From positions 2,733,788 through 2,797,787 of the forward strand of contig NC_092676.1 of assembly GCF_964355755.1 (NCBI RefSeq): a stretch of DNA of 64,000 bases. Reading direction: 5' to 3'. Position 1 is the first letter of the stretch. Each line of letters opens with the position of its first letter. Below, piece by piece: positions 51,801-63,926 of this stretch. The position numbers were made by a program, and so were the translations under genes. The DNA is from Antedon mediterranea (taxonomy: Eukaryota; Animalia; Echinodermata). The notes under the pieces are model-generated. The model did no database searches and was not told the DNA's origin. It worked only from the letters and a program-made list of their open reading frames with translations.

Positions 51801-52670
51801 AATTGGTTACTATAGCACAATTGACATGCGCAGAACCCATTATTCGGCTCTGCGCATGTTTATTATGGTATAGTAACCATTTATGTCAAAAAATAAAAGG
51901 GTCGAAATCGGCCATTTTTCGGAAATTTCCCTGTACAGGGATTTTTCAAAAAATGACAAATTTTTGACCTTTTTATTTTTCGATAAAACTGGTTACTATA
52001 GCACAATTGACATGCGCAGAACCCATTATTCGGCTCTGCGCATGTTTATTATGCTATAGTAACCATTTATGTCAAAAAATAAAAGGGTCGAAAATCAGCC
52101 TATTTTCGGAAATTTCCCTGTACTATAGTACAGGGATTTTTCAAAAAAATTGCCAATTTTCGACCTTTTTATTTTTCGATAAAACTTGTTACTATAGCAC
52201 AATTGACATGCGCAGAACCCATTATTCGGCTCTGCGCATGTTTATTATGCTATAGTAACCATTTATGTCAAAACTTGTTACTATAGGACAATTAACATGC
52301 GTAGAACCCATTATTCGGCTCTGCGCATGTTTATTATGCTATAGTAACCATTTGTCAAAAAATAAAAGGGTCGAAAATCGGCAATTTGTCGGAAATTTCC
52401 CTGTACTATAGTACAGGGATTTTTTCAAAAAAATGGCCAATTTTCGACCTCTTTATTTTTCGATAAAACTGGTTACTATAGCACAATTGACATGCGCAGA
52501 GCCCATTAGTCGACTCTGCGCATGTTTATTATGCTATATTAACCATTTATGTCAAAAAACAAAAGTGTCGAAAATCGGCCTATTTTCGGAAATTTCCCTC
52601 TACAGGGATTCTTCAACTTTTATTTTTCGACAAAACTATGTATTATGGCTCTATAAGTTGTTCGAAAATA
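45850..52670. repeat. ~6.8-kb satellite array, ~196-bp unit made of two palindromes
   Basis: Module A TGGTTACTATAGCA...TGCTATAGTAACCA alternates with module B centred on TCCCTGTACTATAGTACAGGGA. Confidence 0.97.
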
Positions 52671-53017
52671 AATTGTTCAGACATTTAAAACTTAAACACC
52701 TAATTTGGATTGTAGAGGGTGATATAACGAAACAAGTTTCTCGATTCTATAATGACGTCACATTTACAACTTAAACACGTTTACATTTTAATAATAGAGG
52801 CCGCTAAATATATCTAAACAATTTGTATTTATTTACACCCAATTTATCAACTTAAATCAGATAAATTATATATTACGGTAACATGCACTTTAAATTGTAA
52901 ATAAATGTTTGACTACCTTTCCTGATCTACTTGTTATAATTCAATTATAAATCAACTGCAAATGAATGTATTGCAAATAAAACATAATATATTCAATAAC
53001 TTAATATTATTCTTTAA

Positions 53018-53240
53018 AGATGTATCCTCCAAAACATGAAAAATTGAAGATTGATAAAATTTAATTTTGAATAGGCCATTTTACAATTTTAATAAAGTTA
53101 TTCATCTCCGTAGACAAAATCATTGAAAATTAAGTTATTTTTCAATTTTAATAAAGTAATCCATCTCCGTAGCAAAACCCATTGACTTCCAGACAATCGA
53201 CTCCTGTTGACTTTTTTTTTGCTTGAAATTTAAATTTTTA
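53018..53240. mobile_element. MITE family C partial copy
   Basis: TTAA|AGATGTATC... with family C interior. Confidence 0.65.
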
Positions 53241-53735
53241 GGTAATTTATTGAATTGAATGTGTGCTTTGTGCAGAAAAAAATACTAAATAAATTCACCA
53301 TTAAAAATTGAACCTTAACAATTTATTTTTATATTGAGATATACATAATGTGATTATCAGACATAAAACCATTGACATTTTTAAAAGGCTTAAGTTAAAT
53401 AACATTTGTACTGAATATTATTCTTTCAAAATTGCTCCAAAAAGTAGTATTTTTCATAAGAATATTCAAATAGAGATTATGAAAACTATTTTGATCTATT
53501 TTAGTGTATAATACCAAAATTAGGAATTAGAAATTTCTTAATTCTATTTTGTATAGTTATAATTGTATATAGTTGGTCCAAACCAAATTAAATAGAGGGC
53601 GCCAGAACATTTACTGAGCAACAGAGAGCACCTTGCAGATCAAATTTTAAAATTAAGAGACATACAATATTATATTGGCACTCAAAATAATTTAGAAAAT
53701 TTGAGAAAAGAAACGGACAATAGCTCTTATATTGA

Positions 53736-53856
53736 CAGGGGTGGATCCAGGGGGGTTAAGCTTGGGGCTTGCTGCCCCATTTTTACTGCCCCATTTTTAC
53801 TGCTAAAATATTATATGTTAGCGCTTCCCTGTTTGAAAATCCTGGATATGCCTCTG
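53736..53856. mobile_element. Small TIR element (CAGGGGTGGATCCAGG...CCTGGATATGCCTCTG)
   Basis: Imperfect 16-bp TIRs with hAT-like CAG termini; TSD not clean. Confidence 0.6.
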
Positions 53857-53920
53857 ATATTTATATTTAAAATTTGATATGCTTATCTGGGTAGGAGGGG
53901 AACACAGACTCTTAATCTAA

Positions 53921-54082
53921 AGCCCTGTCTATACTACCAAACTAGTTTGACCAAAAAAGTTTGATGTGCCCAAATATGGCAGTGATATGTCCAAATATTG
54001 TAATGATATGACATCATCAAGTCCATATATGGGCACATCACATTTGTTGTGTCACATAAAGTTTGATAGTGTAGACAGAGCT
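53921..54082. mobile_element. MITE family B full copy, Harbinger-like
   Basis: TAA|AGCCCTGTCTATACTACCAAACT...AGTTTGATAGTGTAGACAGAGCT|TAA. Confidence 0.85.
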
Positions 54083-55623
54083 TAAGAGATTCAGTCCCCA
54101 TGGGTATTTCCTGCCATCTTACTTTGTGAACTTTGTTGTTTTTGTTTGTTCGCTATGTTTTTGCCAATTAAAGACTGGCATACTGCAAAAGTTTTAGATT
54201 GTACTAATTTACAACGATACCAAACTACATAAATTATGGGCAGTTGGCAAAACAATTTACAAAGGTGTATAAAATGGTGAAAAAAAGCATATTTTAAAAT
54301 TTAAACCTAAAATTCGACATCCACCACCTTTGAAATCTCAAAATGAATCAATCGACTGAATAAAAATGCATCTTAAGAAAAAACAATTTTTTTAGAAGTA
54401 TCGCTTATATAAAAGGCGTCTGGGTAACAAAAAAAGAATAATACCGTGACAAAGTTGTATTTCTAAATACTCCAGACTTGTATTATTTCTTCAAAATGTA
54501 CAGTATACTATTATCTATATACAAGTCTTTCACATTGTTTAACTAGTAACACACAAATTATCTATAATTTATATAAATTATATCAATATCAATGGACTTT
54601 TATATTTAATGAATTAGAATAGACAAACAATTTAAATAACCTCACAGTTAAACGAACAGTTAGATTTCCAGTTGACATTATTATAATACCTGAATTCAGC
54701 CATTAGTTTTACACAGGGTGGTTTATTTTTCCATATAATGAGAAAAAATCGTCATGAACTAGGCTAGTTAGGCCACTGCTGATACCTAGTTTGGAAAGGG
54801 CACTTCAGGAAAAAATGGAGGCTTTTGAGTGACTAACCACAGGCTTGTGAAAATTGTCAAAAGTGGCACGAAACGGGTGCAAGTACACAGTGGTGTTATG
54901 CAGTGGGAAATAGCATTCTTAAAGGGCCCTCCAATGCTGGGTAGTTGTGTTGGTCTGTTCAGGCTCTAGGGACCCTTGCGTTTAGCCAGTGAGCGCTCAT
55001 AGCCATTATACCACTGTACCTACGGATGAACCATCCTGTGCGTCCATGAGCTGATCAATTTATAGTATTTTGTATTTAGAAATATACAGCTAATTATGAT
55101 TGAAAAAGTACAGAAGAGGGTGTACGAAATGTGCCATGAATATCTTACTGTATTTCAGACATTTTGGTCAAACAATTTTTGTGAATAACACATTATATAC
55201 TTGTAATAATAACAACACATTACTGGTAATTGTATCCCATAAGGCAGTTTTCCCATAATGCACTACAATACAATTTATTTAAATTTCATCAGGAAGTCTT
55301 TGTGAATTATAATTTACATAAACATAAAAATTCAAATCGATATTTTACAGTTACGAGTGAAAATAAGTTAAAACGAGAAACCGTACCTCTCGTGTCATGT
55401 GTTTTTATAGAAAAGATATTTCTATAAAATTCACACGTTTTTTCCCTTTAAACAGAACGCATTGTATACTTAGACGTATCACATTGTTACAATCTGTTCT
55501 TGGTTTCGTGAGTCGTTGAACGCTGCAGTTGTCGTAGAATGTCATAGTCACTGAGATTCGTTAGACTCTATCCTTAGAGTTGCACGTTAGATCAAGTAGA
55601 GGGCGCTGCTAGTGTTAACTCAC

Positions 55624-55654
55624 CTACTGCTTCGTTTTTAATTCTTGCACCAAC
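55624..55654 (-). CDS. ARL1: ARL1 exon 6 (terminal)
   Basis: (W)LVQELKTKQ*; summed CDS 546 nt = 181 aa plus stop; AAG acceptor. Confidence 0.9.
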
Positions 55655-56105
55655 CTTAAATAAGTATTATTTATTAAAATTATTATATATATATTTTTTA
55701 AAATTAAAATTTAATTTTAAATTTTCTACACAAACATCTGGGATTTTAGAAGATATTAACAAATTTAGTGTTTAAATAGGAGACCTAGTTAAGGTAATAA
55801 TTGTTAAAAAATAAATAATAAAAATAAACAAACATATATTAACAAACATATAGACCAACTTAACAGCCTTAAAATAAGTACAGTAGCTGAGTATTTAAAC
55901 CACGCTACACAAATAAGACAATTACAGTACAATTCCACAAAATGTAGCTACCAATTTTTGAAAAGAAATATACACACACAGTACTACAAACAATTCCTAT
56001 TCGGAGGACACCTGTATAAAGGGGATACTTTATAGGGTCCCTAAGATGTCCCCTTAATAGAGGTTATTGTAATTTATAAAACAAACAAAAGTAAATGTCA
56101 CTCAC

Positions 56106-56284
56106 CATTCCATTGCTTCGTCTAATCCTTCGCCTTTGATAGCAGACGTTTTAAATATTTGCCATTTTCTCGTTCGTAGTGCTGGAAGTCCTAGTGAGCT
56201 GGCTACCTCTGATGGCGTCATACAGCCTTCCATATCTTGTTTGTTTGCAAACACTAATAATAATGATTTACTCAATTCTTCTTC
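56106..56284 (-). CDS. ARL1: ARL1 exon 5
   Basis: [20 protein letters not shown]...[21 protein letters not shown]; NKQD and TSA motifs; 179 nt. Confidence 0.97.
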
Positions 56285-56316
56285 CTAAATTTGGAGGAAA
56301 ACCAAAAAAAATATCA

Positions 56317-56637
<321 letters not shown>

Positions 56638-56915
56638 TCAATCAATCAATCAATCGTTCGATTTATATAGCGCCATTCCAACATTCATTGCTCATGGCGC
56701 TGTAGAAAAAATCAGAAAAGGTTAGTTTTGAGTAGTGACTTAGAGTGACTCAATAATGATGTGTGTTTAATGTTCAAGGGTAGGTGGTTCCAGAGCCTAG
56801 GTCCAGCAACACCGAAAGTCCGATCTCCCCAACTATGTTTGCTCCTCGGAATGTACAGTAGCACCTGATGGCTAGATCTTAGTTCTCGCTTTCCCTTCTT
56901 GACTGTCAACAATTC
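56638..56915 (-). mobile_element. L2-clade LINE 3' end in ARL1 intron 3
   Basis: LRSS..L.IPR...WGDRTF.VAGP.LWN.LP...LKT.LF*, AGCGCC...GGCGCTATATAAAT stem-loop, (GATT)n tail. Confidence 0.8.
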
Positions 56916-57123
56916 TGAGTGTATTGATCATTATATATCATTAAAACCTTACAGAATACAGAAAACGTTATTGGTCTTGCAGCATACACAGTACAAGACA
57001 TTAATCTGTTGTGGCAGCAACCTTTTAATGATTTACAAATGATAAAATTGATTGTTCTTTTGATTTCTATACATCTTGCCAAAATGTTTTAAATTTACAT
57101 AAGTGTAAAGATATAAGATATAA

Positions 57124-57462
57124 AGCTATATTGCCCCCTGGAAAAATAATTTAACATCTTTTTGTTGTATATGCCATTTTTATGTCACATAATAGTTATT
57201 CACTTTGACCACAAATTGGATCTAAACAAAATCTATTTACCTGGAAAAACTGTAATTCAAAGCAAAACAAGTCAAATTGTCTGTCAGACAATGGGTTTTG
57301 GTTAAATTTAACTGTAAATCTTGTCTTTTTATAAGTGAAATACGGTAATTATTTTTGATGATTTTTTTCCTACAGAAGTGATTAACTTTATTAAACTGCA
57401 AAATGGCCTATTCAAAGTTGGATTTCATTAATCTTCATTTTTCATGTTTTTTGGGGACAATA
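57124..57462. mobile_element. MITE family C copy in ARL1 intron 3
   Basis: TATATTGCCCCCTG...TTTGGGGACAATA; same orientation as 18675-18929. Confidence 0.7.
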
Positions 57463-57499
57463 AGTTTATGTTGGCGAATTTAGGTGCTCAGTAACCTTA

Positions 57500-57688
<189 letters not shown>

Positions 57689-57850
57689 TCATAGAGCCAT
57701 AGAGATACCAACATTGTGCTGGGCAAACCTGGGCAGGGCCACACTTTTAAACTCTTCCCAGTGAGTCCAAAGCTCATTTCAAATTCATGCTTATTTATAG
57801 GCATAGGAACTTATTAATTTTGGTTTATTTTCTGGTACTACAGTACTTAC

Positions 57851-57988
57851 TCGGTATCGTTGTTACAACCTCCCCAACTTGTAGTCTGTATAATATAGTA
57901 GTTTTGCCGGCACCATCTAAACCTAAGATTAGAATTCTCATCTCTTTCGAGCCAAAGAGATTTGAAAAAAGGGATGAGAAAAAACCAC
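57851..57988 (-). CDS. ARL1: ARL1 exon 2
   Basis: [46 protein letters not shown]; ARL1-type P-loop GLDGAGKT. Confidence 0.97.
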
Positions 57989-58529
57989 CTAGAAAATAAA
58001 AGAAAAGTATGATTATTTAATCCATTTTATTTATAGACCAAAATCGGAAACATTTTGGACAGTGATTAATATAAATTACTGTATTTTATGGCCAAGAAGC
58101 AGGTTATTTTTTTAAAGCTAGGCTGATTGAATGGATCCCATCTGCACAACCCCACTCACGGTGGTGGAAATTTTTTAGTCAGCCAATCACACTCACAACA
58201 AACAAGCTAGCTAGTAATAGCTGCTACTAAAATACTTCTCTTTATTAGGGAACATAATAGTTTCAATAAACATACATACCAAGGCCTAGTACTAGTTTTA
58301 AGTCATACAAATAGAGAATAAAGACATACAAAGACATTAACAAAGCTAGGCCTAGATGTTAGGCCGGTTGTAAGTGAACAGTCTGCTGTCTACTACGCGC
58401 CGAGCCGGCCAATTTATAGCCTACTTTAGGCTGGAAATCTACGAAACACCACTTAAATTTGCTGTCTTTTCTTCCAGTTTTAGGTTATTATAATATCAAA
58501 AAACATCACAAGCTAATAAAAACACTTAC

Positions 58530-58533
58530 CCAT
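58530..58533 (-). CDS. ARL1: ADP-ribosylation factor-like 1, exon 1 coding part (ATGG)
   Basis: ATGG|GTAAGT on minus strand; completes Met-Gly with exon 2. Confidence 0.85.
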
Positions 58534-59199
58534 TATATAAATATTAAAACCTTTCTTAAATAATGACAGTTAAATAATAATTATTAATGTTTTAATTTCA
58601 AAGCCGATTTCTAGCTAGGCTCGGTCAACGTGTCAGTTTCTACATCACTCTCTTTTTATATACACTGTGTACACAAAAACAGGCCCTCTATAATATCGAT
58701 GCAAACTGCAAGCCGCTGTTGCAGATTGTTCTGTCAGGCGGTAGCCAATCTTGTCGTTACAACAGGCCGGCGATACCATTTTAGATATTTACTTTTCTGT
58801 AACACGTAATACTTATTATATTTTGTCTCGGGGAAAGAGAGAAAATTATATTGAATAATTTTAGTTTGGTAAATAATAAAACAGAGAACGTTAAATGTAC
58901 ATTATTTGAATTGAAGACAGGTGTAAAAGTAATGTAGATGGATTTATCCTTTTAGAAAGTAGTATCGTCGAAATTGTGTACACCTAGCGGACAGACCGCC
59001 TGGTGGTGGTAGAAAGGCGGTCTGGTAGCTCAATTTCTAACCAATCATAACTACGGAAGCTTAAAAGTGACAGCACACCATTCACATGGTCACCTCCCCA
59101 GTCCCAAAAAGGCAGAAATGGTCTACCACCATTGATTTGGACTTTTTATCTTTGCAAACAAAGAGTAAAAATCTGACAATTTGGCTGTGTGCACAATAT

Positions 59200-59797
59200 T
59201 CAGAATACATTTAAACAAAATCACATGCAAAGCCAACCAAAGGATGTTTATTTTAAGAAAAATGAAGTACCTACAAATTGACAAAACTATACTTAAATTG
59301 TTTTATAACTCTGTAATTCTCAGTGTAATACTTTTTTGTAATGTTTGTTTTTATGGTAATACAATGCAAAAAGATAAAATTAAACTTAATCGAATAGGAA
59401 ATAGAGCAATTAGACTAGTAGGAGAGCACTTACCTGATGTTGAATCCTTGTATAAAGAAAATGTGTTAAAAAAAGTAAAAAGTATCATTGATGATGAAAC
59501 ACATCCTCTTCACAAACAATTTGCTCTCATGAATTCTGGCATAAGACTACGTGCACTTAATACCAAAACAAAACGGTTTAGGTGCTCGTTTGTACCTAAT
59601 GCTATACACTTATATAACTCCAGAGTACAAAGGTAAAATGTAACCGATAATTTTTCTCTAATTTTAACAATTTTTAGCCTCTTAACTTTTTGTGTGTGTT
59701 TTTGTAAATTGTATTTTATATTTTTGTATTTTGCCAGTTTTCAAATCACATTTCTGTTTTTTTTAAATGGACAATAAAGTATATATGACTATGACTA
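59200..59797 (+). mobile_element. 5'-truncated LINE 3' end, Rex1/Babar-like
   Basis: KANQRMFILRKMK...LFYNSVILSV...DETHPLH...SG.R...TKTKRFRCSFVPNAI.LYN*; AATAAA and (ATGACT)n tail. Confidence 0.78.
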
Positions 59798-60889
59798 AAC
59801 AAAATCACTATTTTATTACAAATACTATTTTAGACAAAAAAACAGCAAGTATTGACTTTAAAAAATATTTATTTTTCGATTTGTCTTTCTTAACTACCAG
59901 TAATAATATAAAGAATCCATAATCACTTGTTTGTTAGGCAACATATTATTTTGTAAAACTTTTTAATGTCTAAAGTTTTATTGATCACATGTATCTTACT
60001 AGGACATGCCACAAGTAATTTGACCAATCACAACACGATGTATCATCCAAACCGTTGCGTGTGATTGGTCAGTGGGTGGGTACCAAGCTTAAAACCCATC
60101 CACCAAGTTTGTTTTGATTCATCCTTCATTTATTGTAGACACAAACCCAATACCTAATGTGTTTATGTACCCAATAGGCCCAATGTACATAGGCCCAAAA
60201 TTCAGCCCTAGATGTACCGAGATTGTTGACATTTATAACTAAAGTTTGATTTAATGTATTAACTTTTAACTGTTTCAAATATATTACGGTTGTCTACTTT
60301 TAAGTAGATAGAATAGTATCAACATAGTGTTTGTACCACCAGTAGAAAATTATAAAAGTTTAACATTTTTTAAATAAACAAATTTTCTCCATGTCTCGCA
60401 TTAAACAAAAATTCAATTATTAATAAACACAGTACCAAAGCCGAGCTATCAAAACATAGGCCAAAGTTATGGAATGGGTTTTCCATGTCGAAAATAATTA
60501 AACAAAATGAGTTATTAGAAAATGATATGCAATTTGCAGGTATATGTAATTTGCATACTGGTATTACATAATATTACATATTAAATTAAGGAATACTACT
60601 TGCCATGGTTTAAATTAATCTCATATCTATTGCACAATCTTTTTAATCAGTTTTTCAGAGCTATTTTTTAAATTTCTGTAGCACTTGATAATATGTATAC
60701 TATAGTGGTGGTAATTATTGTTGTTTGTTTTCGATTTAATAAAAAAATAAATAATCAGACGAAATGGAACACCATTGGCAAGAAGGGATATACAGATTTA
60801 TCCTTTTTTCGGGGAAGACTTGTGATACAACTCAATGCTGCCCTCAACCGCACGCTATTGTCGATAGAGAGGCACGCATAATTTATAGT

Positions 60890-61092
60890 TATTTGTCGTA
60901 TTCGATTGGGAACTTTCGTTGTCAACGTAAAGATTTGTAAATTTGTGCTCAACAGAAAGTCATTCGAATAGAAAACGTTGACAATGAAAGGTTTTCGTTG
61001 AGAACAATCTCAACGCTCAAAATACTTCGTTAAAGAAGTACTCAACGGAAAAACTACTCAACGGTGAAAGTCTAAATCGAATACGACAATTG
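60890..61092. mobile_element. Inverted-repeat element
   Basis: TTGTCGTATTCGATT...AATCGAATACGACAA termini. Confidence 0.55.
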
Positions 61093-61294
61093 ATACTTAG
61101 CTCCTACATCTATTTGTTTGCATACATTATTTTGGTATAACAAAAATGGATTTAAACGTAAACCAAAAAATTATATTTTTCAAATTTTGTAAAGTCTTGA
61201 TTATTTTTTAAAAATTGTGACTATTTTTATTTTCTTGCTTAATTGTTGCATCTCATCTAGTTTATTACCAAGTTGTTAATTACAGCATTATTGT

Positions 61295-61458
61295 CCAGCC
61301 AATCAGTTTGAAGTTAAATATCAATCAACCAATCGGTTTGAAGTTAAATTTCAATCAACCAATCAGTTTGAAGTTGAACTCCAATCAGCGGTTTTAGTTG
61401 AATTTCAATCAGCCAATGAGGTTGAAGTTGAATTTAAATCAGCCAATCGGGTTGAAGT
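61295..61458. repeat. ~30-bp CCAAT-containing degenerate tandem repeat right after the GDAP2 stop
   Basis: CCAATC(A/G)GTTTGAAGTT(A/G)AATTTCAATCA units. Confidence 0.75.
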
Positions 61459-61518
61459 TTACAATCCTTCAGGGTTTGCACCTTCTTCTACAGATTGGTA
61501 ATAGTTTGGTCCATTTAT
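61459..61518 (-). CDS. GDAP2: GDAP2 terminal exon
   Basis: INGPNYYQSVEEGANPEGL*; NGP.Y motif as at the GDAP2 C-terminus. Confidence 0.85.
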   Translation of the reverse strand: MNGPNYYQSVEEGANPEGL

Positions 61519-61917
61519 CTGTAACAATCCGAATTAAAAAAAAAAAAAAAATTATAATAAATAAATGATGTTTATGCATCATCCTAAAAATGGCAAATTT
61601 TAGAAATAAGTATCCTATCTTTTTCATTACAATTTGAATCCGCCTATGCTTATAGGTCAATTTATTTTCCTATTTTTTTCCAGGTCACACCTCATTAAAA
61701 CAGTAAAATTTGGGACACCCTATTCAGGGGACACCACTATCAAAGGAAGGGTCATTTTCCCATGAGAAGAATGTGGGAAAATATATATAACACTACAGCT
61801 AACACTTTTTAAGAGGACGCATTTCCTTGGGTCCATTAACAGGTTTTCTACTGTGTATATACAGACATTTTTTCAATCTAGTCTGGCTGCATGCGAGCCA
61901 ACACAAAGTACACATAC

Positions 61918-62061
61918 CTTTAAGTCGTACTCAAGGACAAATGGCGGAATGTCTAGCTGGTCTGGATTGATATTGTGGTAGAGTAAGTGAACTCCGGGAA
62001 GACTATGTATCTTGTCCTTGATACTAGATGCAGTAAACGTCGTAAAATACCAAGTTACTAG
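61918..62061 (-). CDS. GDAP2: GDAP2 exon
   Basis: LVTWYFTTFTASSIKDKIH...PDQLDIPPFVLEYDLK; 144 nt. Confidence 0.95.
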
Positions 62062-62119
62062 CTGAAAGGATAATTAAGAGTTATCTCCAAGAGAGTGCAA
62101 AGGTAATCACATACTACAT

Positions 62120-62510
62120 AAAAGTCTGGCTCCCTCATTGCACATAGTGCCCCAAAGTATAGCACCCTCACAACACATATTGTCAAAAGTCTGGCTCCCT
62201 CATTGCACATAGTGCCCCAAAGTATAGCACCCTCACAACACATATTGTCAAAAGTCTGGCTCCCTCATTGCACATAGTGCCCCGAAGTATATAGCACCCT
62301 CACAACACATATTGTCAAAAGTCTGGCTCCCTCATTGCACATAGTGCCCCGAAGTATATAGCACCCTCACAACACATATTGTCAAAAGTCTGGCTCCCTC
62401 ATTGCACATAGTGCCCCGAAGTATATAGCACCCTCACAACACATATTGTCAAAAGTCTGGCACCTAATAGCACATTATTGCCCAAAACATGGCACCATCA
62501 CAACACATGC
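62120..62510. repeat. ~65-67-bp minisatellite in a GDAP2 intron
   Basis: About 5-6 units starting AAAAGTCTGGCTCCCTCATTGCACATAGTGCCCC. Confidence 0.92.
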
Positions 62511-62613
62511 CCAAAATAATGCAAAGTTATCAAAAACTCTGTAAAAAAATACACCACTTTCACAACACATTCAGAGCCTTAAAAATAAATTTACTCATGT
62601 CCCTGATACTGAC

Positions 62614-62808
62614 CTTTGACCAGAAAGTAGGATGTACTATAAAAAATGATTTGAGGTGTTTACGATATCTGTTGTCCACTAATTGATACACCTGTCTCAA
62701 CCAGCTCATCTCCGGCTGGTTTTCGGAAGTACTTTGCGTGTGAAAATAAACTACGATATAATCCCTACTAACTATTGGATCCAGTACATGGATGAGATAT
62801 AAAAGAAC
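62614..62808 (-). CDS. GDAP2: GDAP2 exon
   Basis: VLLYLIHVLDPIVSRDYIVVYFHT...RYRKHLKSFFIVHPTFWSK; 195 nt. Confidence 0.95.
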
Positions 62809-62879
62809 CTACAAAACAAAACAAATATGTTATTTGTAGGGAAAAAAACTATCATCCATATATTTTCTAATAATGTTAA

Positions 62880-63180
62880 AGATGTATTCTCCCCCAAAAA
62901 ACTTAAAAATTAAAGATTAATAAAATCAGACTTTTAACAGGCCATTTTGGAGTTTTAATAAAGTTATTCACTTATAAATAAAGGCAAAATAAACAGTTAA
63001 TTTTAACCAAAAAATCATTGTCTGAAAAACAATGAAATATTTTTTGTTTTTAAATTACATTTTTTCTAAGGTAAATATATATATATTTTTTTTCGATCCA
63101 CTATTTATATGTGACATTCAAATGACATATTCAACAAAAATTGTTTTTTAAAATTATTTTTCAGGGGACAATATATATCT
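62880..63180. mobile_element. MITE family C copy in a GDAP2 intron
   Basis: TTAA|AGATGTATTCTCCCC...GGGGACAATATATATCT. Confidence 0.78.
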
Positions 63181-63343
63181 TTATTTATTCATTTCCCAAC
63201 CAACAGTGAGCTCATGGTTCACCACTTACAGGAGGGAACACAGACAAACACGTACATATACAACTTAGAGCTTAGAGCATCTAACTGCTGATAGGTGCAT
63301 TCAATATATTGGGAAGTGTACAACTTTTTACAATCTATATTAC

Positions 63344-63497
63344 CTTATCCCTGTCTACATTTCCAGCTGGAAAGTTTTTTCCGACAATTACGACGATTGG
63401 ACGACCAAATATATCCACTCCGGTCTGGTAGATAAACCGATACGCTGCTAGTTCTGACAAATCATCACTACGTGCTTTGCGTAATAAACGCTCATAT
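63344..63497 (-). CDS. GDAP2: GDAP2 exon (start of CRAL-TRIO domain)
   Basis: RYERLLRKARSDDLSELAAYRFIYQTGVDIFGRPIVVIVGKNFP, resembling recalled GDAP2 ARSEDLS...LYQTGVD..GR. Confidence 0.93.
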
Positions 63498-63569
63498 CTA
63501 TAAAAAATGTATTATTTATTAATATATTTATTTATAAAAATTAATTAAAACGTATTTGTCCACATTTAA

Positions 63570-63711
63570 GCTCCCCGCCAAAAAAAGTGTGATGTTCCCA
63601 AATAATGGTAGTGATATACCCAAATATGGTAGTGATAGGACATCATCCTGTCCATATATGAGCACATCACATTTTTTTGTTACATAAAGTCTGATAGTGT
63701 ATGCAAGACTT
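63570..63711. mobile_element. MITE family B copy (diverged) in a GDAP2 intron
   Basis: GTGTGATG..CCCAAATATGGTAGTGATA...CACATCACATTTTTT interior. Confidence 0.7.
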
Positions 63712-63769
63712 TAGTGAAAATATCATATTTATTTTATGTATCCAAAAAAAACTTTACACATATGCTTAC

Positions 63770-63926
63770 CTTCTTCTTTGATCAGCGAATGTTTCTTCTG
63801 GACTCTGTGACTTTTGACCTTGTTTACGTGCAGAATCAGGATGTGTTTCCATAGCAGCAAAAGCATGCCTACCAACATGCATGTCATCAATATTGACATC
63901 CAGTTCTTCATTACAATCACCATTTT
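63770..63926 (-). CDS. GDAP2: GDAP2 internal exon (linker before CRAL-TRIO/Sec14 domain); gene continues beyond window
   Basis: NGDCNEELDVNIDDMHVGRHAFAAMETHPDSARKQ...DQRR; phase 1 to 2, joins next exon in frame. Confidence 0.85.

Noticed and set aside
46229-52774. Many similar 65-113 aa ORFs (KLVTIAQLTCAEPII...)
   Set aside because: Translations of the satellite; frames are broken at random by homopolymer indels.
59181-59636. 151-aa ORF as a host gene divergent from ARL1
   Set aside because: Motifs match the C-terminus of a LINE ORF2 with tail; no ATG start, 5'-truncated.
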